64,000 nt of DNA from Octopus sinensis (Eukaryota), in NCBI RefSeq assembly GCF_006345805.1, contig NC_043015.1, positions 22,878,001 through 22,942,000 of the forward strand, read 5' to 3'. The notes beneath the pieces were generated by a model. That model was not told the DNA's origin. It did no database searches and was given only the letters and a program-made list of their open reading frames with translations. Both the position numbers and the translations under genes were made by a program. Shown here in pieces: positions 54,349 through 64,000 of this stretch; within the stretch, counting starts at the first letter, position 1; the number at the start of each line of letters is the position of its first letter.

Positions 54349-55734
54349 ATATATATGTGTGTATATACATATATACATACACATGTATATACACACATAT
54401 CTACATATTCATACTCGTTTGCGTGCATACATATGTATGTGTGTTAATGCATGTGAGTGCGTGTGTGTAATTACATAATCATACATTTGAAGGTGTTTAT
54501 AATTACCCTGTTTAATATTGACAAATGTTTATTGTTTTCAAAATTATTTAACCTTCATTTTAATAATAATGAAATAAAAATAATCTGCTTATTAAAATCA
54601 ATGCCCTTAAATTTTTCATTAATTCTTCAAGTGTACCTCTACATAGAACTATCACAACAGAACATTAGCTATTGCAAAATCTTCAGACACACCAGCTACG
54701 CAGATATGGTAAGGGAATGATACTGGAAGTAGATGGTAGCTGGACTGGGTATCGTGCTGGTCGAACAGTATGGTGTTGCTGGAATTGTATGTAAAGGTGT
54801 TTAAATTCATTCATGTTGCTGTATCAAGTCTTCCGGATCAGGATTATCAAAGCCTTCACGCAACACCTTATACATTACTTGCTCAGTTTATGTTTTCCTG
54901 TTACTTACTCCATCAGCATGTTTTCAGAGGACCAAAATTTTACCGCTTCATTACTTTTCTAATGTAAATGCGTGAATGACTACAGCTCTTTTAATGCTGA
55001 ATTTCGAATTAACGCCAAAATGTTGTCTTTTATGCGACAATTGTAATCTACACAGAAATACTTTGTCATCAAAGGACATGAAAGTTTTTCTCTTTGGCTT
55101 CAAACACTGAATTGTTCATTGGTCCGTGTGACGAAACCCTCATGCAAACTTTCAAAGCTTAATATTGAAGAGAAATTTGCACAAGAATTTTAACTGATTC
55201 CTATGATACCCGATGCCAAGCTGCTGTACATGCAATTTCAAAACAGATGTTTAATTTTTGGTGCATAACATATATTAGCAATGTCACGGAAGCCTAGCAT
55301 TTATTCTTGAGCAATATCATGTAAACAACAGAAATGTTAACAAAGTCCTCTAAAACTCATAAACTATTTTTGAAGAAGGTACTTATGGCGAAATCTACGC
55401 TTTGTAGCACCAAGTTGCAGGATCTTTATTGCACAGAAGAAGGTAATAGGAGAAACAGAGTTGGCCAGATAAAAATATGCACACACACGCATGCACGTTT
55501 GCACATGCGCACGCGCACGCACGAATTTACTTACGATTCATGCGGTGCCCACCATGTAATGCAACACCGACTTTTAAACTATTTACAGTAGAAATTTCAG
55601 CAGATGCGAATACATACTACGATGTCTGTACAAATTCATACACACATATCTATACCTATATCATTATGTATGTGTGTATATGCATGTATGTATGTATATA
55701 TATATATATAAACATATATATATACATATGTATA

Positions 55735-56134
55735 GGCGCAGGCGTGGCTGTGTGGTAAGTAGCTTGTTTACCAACCACATGGTTCCGGGTTCAGTCCCAC
55801 TGCGTGGCACCTTGGGCAAGTGTCTTCTACTATAGCCTCGGGCCGACCAAAGCCTTGTGAGTGGATTTGGTAGACGGAAACTGAAAGAAGCCCGTCGTAT
55901 ATATGTATATATATGCGTGTGTGTGTTTGTGTGTCTGTGTTTGTCCCCCTAGCATTGCCTGACAACCGATGCTGGGGTGTTTATGTCCCCGTTACTTCGG
56001 CAAAAGAGACCGATAGAATAAGTACTGGGCTTACAAAAGAATAAGTCCCTGTGACGAGTTGCTCGATTAAAGGCGGTGCTCCAGCATGGCCGCAGTCAAA
56101 TGACTGAAACAAGTAAAAGAGTAAAGAGTAAAGA

Positions 56135-56137
<3 letters not shown>
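55735..56137 (+). mobile_element. SINE family A, full-length copy
   Basis: Closely similar to 44598-45007. Tail GAGTAAA repeats run into (TA)n. Confidence 0.9.
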
Positions 56138-56188
<51 letters not shown>

Positions 56189-56717
56189 GACTACCGCAGA
56201 GTATCGAACAATATGCAAATTATCGATCTGTCAGAGGTTATAGTTGAAAACATTTCCTCTACCTGCAACGCAAAGAAAGTGAACCAAAAACACCGTGAAA
56301 CGGATGCAATTTCCCAGTCATATAACCATACCAAAACCTAGTGATCACAGAAATCGAAATTCTTGACAGAACCTACGATGATATATAAATAAATATTTTG
56401 AACATGGATGTGCTTTGGATGACCTCATAGTAGAAAGTGAAATGCATTTTATACTTTTGTTAAGGCGGGTAATTTTCAATCTCTTCCGTCGTTAAACAAG
56501 CTTTTGACAGCTAGCTGCGTAGAGCCGAGAAGTGTAAATTACCTTAATTCAAAGATGTCCATATATATTTCATCAGAAACATAGTCAATGTCAATATTAC
56601 TCTCCATTTTCTTTTATTTCTCGTTCACAATTTCCAACTATTGAGTCCCCGCTAACTTGTAGTCACTTTGTAAATAGATTTAAAACAATATGAACCTAAT
56701 TTTACGCAGACCATTAT

Positions 56718-56890
56718 GGCAGCGAGGTGGTTAGGCTCAGAAGGTAAGACTTAGAAGATTTTGTGTTCTGAGTTTGATTCCCGTGGAGGTCAAATTAGCC
56801 TTTTACCATTCTGTGAACGGTGAATTTAAGACCAACCGAGGACTGGGCGTAATTCAATTGACTGAAACCCTACCCATGACTTTCTGGCGC
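56718..56890 (+). mobile_element. Highly degenerate SINE family B-like copy
   Basis: TGTGTTCTGAGTTTGATTCCCGTGGAGGTCAAATTAGCCTTTT resembles GTTCTGAGTTCAAATTCCGCCGAGGTCGACTTTGCCTTT. Confidence 0.55.
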
Positions 56891-56964
56891 CACGACCACC
56901 ATATCTACTACCTCTGCTTTTGCTGCTGTTCCTGCTGCGACTCCTCAACTGATGCTCCCCTGCT

Positions 56965-57160
56965 GCTGCTACTACTACTGTTGCAGCTACTACTACTACT
57001 ACTACTACAACCGCTGCTGATACTACTACTATTATTACTACTACGGTTGCTGTTGCGGTTGCTGCTAATACTACTACTACAATGACTACTACTACTACTA
57101 CTACTACTATAATTACTACTACGGTTATTGTTGCGGTTGCTGCTAATACTATTACTACTA

Positions 57161-57228
<68 letters not shown>
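56965..57228. repeat. Imperfect (CTA)n microsatellite
   Basis: Direct reading. Source of the poly-T, poly-L, poly-S and poly-V ORFs. Confidence 0.93.
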
Positions 57229-57853
57229 GAGAGACACAACAAACAGACAGATAGACAGAGGAGTATGCGTATCATTTCTTATTTATCCGTGTCTCCGTGT
57301 GCTCGAGTAGTCATTACTTCTATTGTTTCAAAATGGCTGTTTCCCGTTAATGTATTTCTTAAAAAACATTAATCTTTTTCAGGTTGTACACTCTAGCAAT
57401 TACACACAAAGATATTATCTATAATAATGTACACTTACCAATAACTGAAGAGGTTAAATGGTGAGAAATTATAAGAGACAAATACATGTAGACATATAAA
57501 TATATATTTATATACTTACACATAGAGATAGATAGATATGCATATATATAATATATATATGTATATATATGTACATATATATATATATACACACACACAT
57601 GCACACACACACACACACATGTATATGAACCTATACATATGTATGCGCTTAAAAGTTGATTTTTACCGGAATAGTTCTTTATCTCCTCTTAGTGATTTTT
57701 GCTTGAAGAAACGTCGTTATCTTGGAGACATTTTACACTCAATCTCTGTGTATATTATTGTGTATGTTTCTTGTCATACACATTAATATACATAATATAC
57801 ACTCCCAGGACGACCGCACATATTTGGTTGTGTATATATGTATGGGTGTATTG

Positions 57854-57927
<74 letters not shown>

Positions 57928-58122
57928 TGTAAGTTCATTATTTATTTATTTATTTATTCATCAGTCTGTCTCACTGGATATTTGTGTTTGTGAGTGTGTG
58001 AAGACATACATATATGAATGTATGCGTATGCATATACATAAATTTGTTTATTAATACATATATGTATGTATGTATATACATATCTATCTATCTATCTATC
58101 TATCTATATATCTATCTATTAA

Positions 58123-58161
<39 letters not shown>

Positions 58162-58599
58162 GTATGTATATATAAATGGATATTTATTTATAAATGTATA
58201 CATAATATACATATACGTATATTTATACACACACATATATATACGTATATAAACGCAATACGTTTATATTGTTTGCGTAAGCTTGCTTGTGTATTTGTGT
58301 ACGAGTGTGCGTCTGTGTTTGTGCGTTCGCGCATGTTTGTGTTTACGTATCATTCGACATTAACATCAAATTGTGGAAATATTTTTTTTAGATTCTTCTT
58401 CCGACTAATTACAATATCAGCAATCTTGTTATTCATATTATTTCATTTTATTCTGTAATATGAAAATCAGAAGAAATAATAAAATACGGTATTTTAACTC
58501 AGGAAGATATCATTGCTATACTTAGAGATAAGTATTTTAGTAGCTGTGATAAATAGAAATATCGAAGTTTCACAGGACACACAGTGTACATAGGTTATA

Positions 58600-58626
58600 T
58601 TAACATACATACATACATACATACAT

Positions 58627-58681
<55 letters not shown>

Positions 58682-58726
58682 GTATGTATATATATATATG
58701 TGTGTATATATGTATATAGATATATG

Positions 58727-58757
<31 letters not shown>

Positions 58758-58908
58758 GTATATATTCATATGTGTATATATGTTCATATATATTTATGTA
58801 TGTGTATATATGTATATGATCGAGCATTTACATTTATAAACATATACAATACATACATGCATTCATACGTAAAAACTTACTACTTACCAACGTATAAACA
58901 TAAGTGTG

Positions 58909-59000
<92 letters not shown>
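58600..59000. repeat. (TACA)n/(TA)n/(TG)n low-complexity block
   Basis: Direct reading. Confidence 0.9.
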
Positions 59001-60248
59001 ATATCTGTATATGTATAGGTATGTATATGTATGCTTGCATGCATTCTTGTATATTCATGTATTATTAAGTAGAAGCAAGCACTCTTTGTATTTTGAACGT
59101 TTAGGTGATTATTTCCTCTCATTTGTTACATTTTTTACTCTATTTTTGTGAGGAATTCAAAACCATAAACGTAAAATAAAAGAAATAAACACACATAAAT
59201 CATTACTATAGGTATTTTACACAAACTTACTATATACAATTGATTGTTTGAAGTTAAACATTAAGGCGGTGTTAGAGTTTATGGGTGAAGTGATTCCATT
59301 CCGCTTTGATTTTGTTCACGATAAGTATACTTCTGTTGCTGCATTAAAAAAATAACATGAATGATTTCCGGTTTCTGTTTAAGTATTTCGTTTTCTTTTT
59401 CAAAATTCTTTAAGAATTGTATCGAATGTAAATCAAACTTAGCGAAAAATTCTTTCAAGATTTTACCGTGAATTAAATATCTTTAATAACTTTAATAAGT
59501 CTGCGTCTCTTCATTCCTTTAGGAGATTATCGGCCTTGACTCTATTTGATTAGGATCTTATTTTTTTTTTTAGTAATTCTCCATATTGCTATGTCAAGTT
59601 AGACATGTTTTGAACGTACGTTATCTCTACTGATACAGATGAATCAGTGGAAAAGTTTTTAATTTCTTCTCTCTGTATGCTTTCACTCTAATCTTATTTG
59701 TTCACGCGTGTTGTTTTTTCCATTAGAAAACATGACCATTGCTTGATTACTTGCTGACATAATGTATATAACTGTAGTGCTAAAAGAAATTCGAGATGAG
59801 TTGCATTATGATAAGCTCGGTTTGCAATTCCTGCAATTTGATTGGTGAGACAAGGCTTTTCTTCTTTTATATCCGGGTTGTTACTACAAGGAGCCAATCA
59901 TCAAGGTTCCAAAAAATAACTTTAATTCACACCTGTCAACTTCTAACAGCAGAATGACGAATCCTAGGAAACATTAGATTCCCTCCCCACAGGGAAAATC
60001 GTTGAACATTCTTTCCGATTTTACTACACACATACACACACACACACAAACACACGTACGCACACACACAGCTATATACATATATATTCATACATACTCA
60101 CGTATGCAAACCTGAATATATATATATGTATGTGTGTGTATCTATATTTACGAATTTACATACATACATATATATGTATAAATATATGTGTGTGTGTGTA
60201 TGTGCGCGCGTGCGCGTATGAATATACATTTAAATACACAAACACACA

Positions 60249-60297
<49 letters not shown>

Positions 60298-60299
60298 CC

Positions 60300-60562
60300 A
60301 TAGGTGAATGAATTATCCTAGGTTTACCACCGTCAACATAGAAAATTCGATGAACCGATACCAGGGTAGCAAATTAACGTCAGAAACTCGCTTGAAGCGA
60401 CCTGTCCAAGGGTAGAAACTCCGCGTTCATGTGCACAAATTTGTGTGTTATATATGAATAAATAATAAGTTGAACAAGATGTTAACAAAATTCCTTTACT
60501 CTCGACATATGTTTCGAAGACAATTCCTCTTTTCTCTAACTACTATTATATATATATATATC

Positions 60563-60647
<85 letters not shown>

Positions 60648-61407
60648 ATATATATATATATTATAAAAGTAGGGTAAAGTAAAATAATTTACTTTACCAC
60701 ACACCGAGCTTTTTAGAAATAGAAGCCAAAAATTTGGCTATTTCTTCTACTGCAAGAAAAAGTCTCCCAGACAATGCATACTCAGAAATAGCTCACATAG
60801 GTATAAGAGAAAAACAACGAAAGATCACATCCATATAAGATACCCGAGGACAGCCTGTTTCTGGATTAGTGGATTAAACGCCAACATTTCCTTCATCAGC
60901 TCAGAGATTTCTTCTGATTTAGATTTGAAAGTACTAAGAATCAAACATACCGGTCCGAAATATGTAACACCGGACAAACCATGCCAGACCACCAGTACTA
61001 GCGAATACCAAAATACAAATGAGATCTATTATTCTCCCTGTCCACCCACGTGAGTCACAGAGTAGTGCATTCCTACAGAGGCAAAACTGTAGTTCAAATT
61101 CTTGGGGAGAAAGGATTATATTGTCAATAAAAAAGGGTAGAATTAATTAATTATTATATAGGTGAATGAATTATTCTATGTTTACTGTCAGCATGGAAAA
61201 TTCGATGAACCGATACCAGGGTAGCAAATTCACGTCAGAAACACGGTTGAAGCGACCTGTCCAAGGGTAGAAACTCCGGGTTCATGAGCAGAAATGTGTG
61301 TGTTATATATGAATAAATAAATAAATGGAGTTGAACAAAGATGTTAACAAAATTCCTTTACTCTCGACATACGCTTCGAAGACAATTCCTCTTTTGTCTT
61401 ACTACTA
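60300..61407. repeat. Pair of ~250-bp diverged direct repeats (60300-60546 and 61158-61407) around a ~610-bp interior
   Basis: Shared blocks ATAGGTGAATGAATTAT, GAAAATTCGATGAACCGATACCAGGGTAGCAAATT, GAAGCGACCTGTCCAAGGGTAGAAACTCCG and GTTGAACAAGATGTTAACAAAATTCCTTTACTCTCGACATA. Confidence 0.9.
60843..60905 (-). ncRNA. Type I hammerhead ribozyme motif with canonical CUGAUGA/GAAA core and GUC site
   Basis: UCUGAG-CUGAUGA-A-GGAaaug..UGG cguuuaau CCA..cuaaUCC-A-GAAA-CAGGCUG-UC-CUCGGG. Stem I is 6 bp with two G.U pairs and stem III is pseudo-palindromic. Stem II has an internal loop and an A.A juxtaposition at its base. Confidence 0.7.
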
Positions 61408-61870
61408 TATATATATAACAAGACAAACAAAAATTTCGATGACTGCCTACATGGTAAACAAAACGATAATAAGTGTTTTTAAAAACACCGTTAGTAGATT
61501 TGACGTCAAAGTTAGATAGTAGGAAGAGAAGGGTTAAAGGAATAATAATTAGGGAACAAGTAGAGAGGGAGTAGTACGTTGATTAAAAGAATGTTCAAAG
61601 GCTTAGGAAAGGATTTCTCTATTGAAGTGGAGTGCACGTTCAGCAAATTGTTCAAACAATAATGACTATCGAAATCATTTATATGAGAAAAAAGTATGTT
61701 TCTGCCAGTGTTTGCATTTGTACGATTTCTCTATAAGTGTGTTTACAAGGGGATCCTTAGAGAAGAGAATATGGAAGAGTTCAGAGTTGCAAATTTTACA
61801 AAATTTCCTGCCCTTATCAAAAGGAAAGGATACAGACAGTATGAACCAATCTAACTTAAAATCTATATTA

Positions 61871-62094
61871 TTGTCAAGCGACGTTGGGCTTAGAAACACA
61901 GACACAAACACACATACAAATATATAGGTATAGGTATGCGACGGGCTTCTTTCAGTTTCCATCTACCAAATCCACTCACTAGCCTTTGGTCGGCCTGATG
62001 CTATAGTAGAAGACCCCTACCCGGGGTGTGATGTAGTGGGACTGAACCTGGAACCGTGTCGTTGGGAAGTAAGCTTCTTACCACACAACCACGC
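61871..62094 (-). mobile_element. SINE family A, 5' half, reverse orientation
   Basis: Reverse complement of GTGGTTGTGTGGTAAGAAGCTT...GGTTCAGTCCCAC...GTGAGTGGATTTGGTAGATGGAAACTGAAAGAAGCCCGTCG. Confidence 0.85.
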
Positions 62095-62366
62095 ATACAC
62101 ATTTTATATTTTTAGGTGTGAGTTTGTGTTTTTTTAGTGTGTGTGTGTGTGTGTGTATGTATATACACTCGCATGTACATACACACACATACATTTCATA
62201 GAATTCAGCAGTTTTGGACATTCTGCGCGTGATGTTTTCTCATTGCAATGGCGGAGTGCTACGTTTTGGAGTAATAATTTTTTAAAATTATTGATATAGT
62301 ATATTTTGAAATGTTTTCTCTACATTTGTGAACCGCCTTAATTGAGCACTGGAGTTCATAACGGAA

Positions 62367-62459
62367 GGAAGAAGAAGAAGAAGAAGAAGAAGAAGAAGAA
62401 GAAGAAGAAGAAGAAGAAGAAGAAGAAGAAGAAGAAGAAGAACGAAGAAGAAGAAGAAA
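62367..62459. repeat. (GAA)n microsatellite
   Basis: Direct reading. Confidence 0.95.
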
Positions 62460-63171
62460 ACGTGGGTCAGTAACAGTGATGACAACGATGCTGATAATGT
62501 GGAGGAGGAGGAGGAGGAGGGGAAGAAAGAGGAGACTGAGTAAGAGGACGATGATAAAGAATACGAGGTTGAATAAGAGTAAATAATTAGAGAAAGAAAT
62601 ATAGAAAGAAACAAACAAGAAAAAACTAAGACAGAAATATGGTGGTGGCTTAAATTTTCGGTGAAAGGTGGAGCGTCGTACACACGAATCACAGAGAATA
62701 TTCAGTCACTCGAGTGTTCAACAAAAGAATACGTTTATTGCAGTTCAAATTATGTACTTAAACGAGTAAGGTAAAATGAGTACGTATCGATAGGAACATG
62801 CTACTTTAACTTGTAACATTTATATATCTACGAATTTTATAAACAATGTCACACATACATACGCGAATATTCGCACACCACACACACACAGAGTAAATTC
62901 TCGCATATATTAACACATTCTAGTTCTCTCATCACTTTTATTTTGCTTCCCTTTTAATAGTTCACTAATTTATGAGGATTTTCTCTTTCTTAAAATGTTA
63001 GAAAATATCACTTTTCCCAAAACTGAACTGTATATAGTAAAGGTGCGTAGGTTTCTATGCATAATGACACACACACATATGTGTGTGTATAAGGGGTATA
63101 TCTGCTTATCTGTAAGTTTGTATTTATATATCTATAGATGTATGCATATATATGCATATGTATATGTATAT

Positions 63172-63239
<68 letters not shown>

Positions 63240-63714
63240 ATATTGTTATATTTCGGAATGGTCATATTGCCAGTTTAGCCAATAAACACACACGCACTAT
63301 ATATTTGGTGTTATTTTGCTTCAGTGATATTTATTTTTTACATTAATCTTAATCTTATTTCGGCCAAAGTTCTTTCGTCACACTCCTGTGACCGCATCAG
63401 TGGTCCTTTGTTTTCTTCTCACTTACTTGTGTCTCTCCTTACTAGCCGTCAGCCATTTTGTATTTCTATTGTATGTCTTTATTTGCGCAGCTTATATCAC
63501 TATGTGCGTCTATGTTTATTTAGTGTGTGTGGGGGGGATGCCTGTAATATTGTATCTTCTGGTTATATACATTCTCGTAATTTGTATTTTGTTTTTGTTG
63601 TTGCTTTTGTTCTAATTTTGTTCATGTGTTTACATCCACCCATTACTATCATTACATATGCTTGTATGTATGTATAACAACAATATTAGTAATAATAATA
63701 ATAAATCTAATCGA

Positions 63715-63745
<31 letters not shown>

Positions 63746-63775
63746 AAAAAAAGGAAAAAAAAAGAAAAAAAAAAA

Positions 63776-63826
<51 letters not shown>

Positions 63827-64000
63827 TACACACACATATACACACATATACACACATACATATAAATAGTTATTCATTTCTATTTCTTTAATTATCTGTG
63901 TAATTATTATGTTTGCAGGATCATATGTTGTGGTGTGTGCTATTGCTCCATTCTAGTTTTCTATTCAGGCTAGGTTTATTTTCTATTATATGTGTAGCTT

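Overview
AT-rich, microsatellite-saturated eukaryotic intergenic or intronic DNA. The SINE families look like those of Octopus/cephalopods; this is an inference from recalled sequence and was not checked against a database. I recognised no host protein-coding exon. Almost all short ORFs in the track are translations of (TA)n, (CA)n, (GATA)n, (TAA)n, (CTA)n or (GAA)n repeats, or antisense shadows of transposon ORFs. The real coding content is decayed mobile DNA. It includes five R4/Dong-clade non-LTR retrotransposon pieces: one near full length at 37.7-42.1 kb, within a nest of (TAA)n-associated elements spanning 37.7-46.6 kb. It also includes a Penelope-like element (RT C-terminus plus GIY-YIG) with ~900-bp inverted arms at 23.3-25.9 kb, an older Penelope remnant, an RTE endonuclease fragment, two mariner remnants and about ten tRNA-derived SINE copies. 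The most interesting signal is a dispersed set of minimal type I hammerhead-ribozyme folds with palindromic stem III. One lies in each arm of the Penelope element. Two homologous copies 34 kb apart have different stem I and stem III sequences that both still pair. Several more are degenerate. Hammerheads in Penelope elements and retrozymes are a known class, so this is most likely an uncatalogued lineage-specific instance, not a new system.
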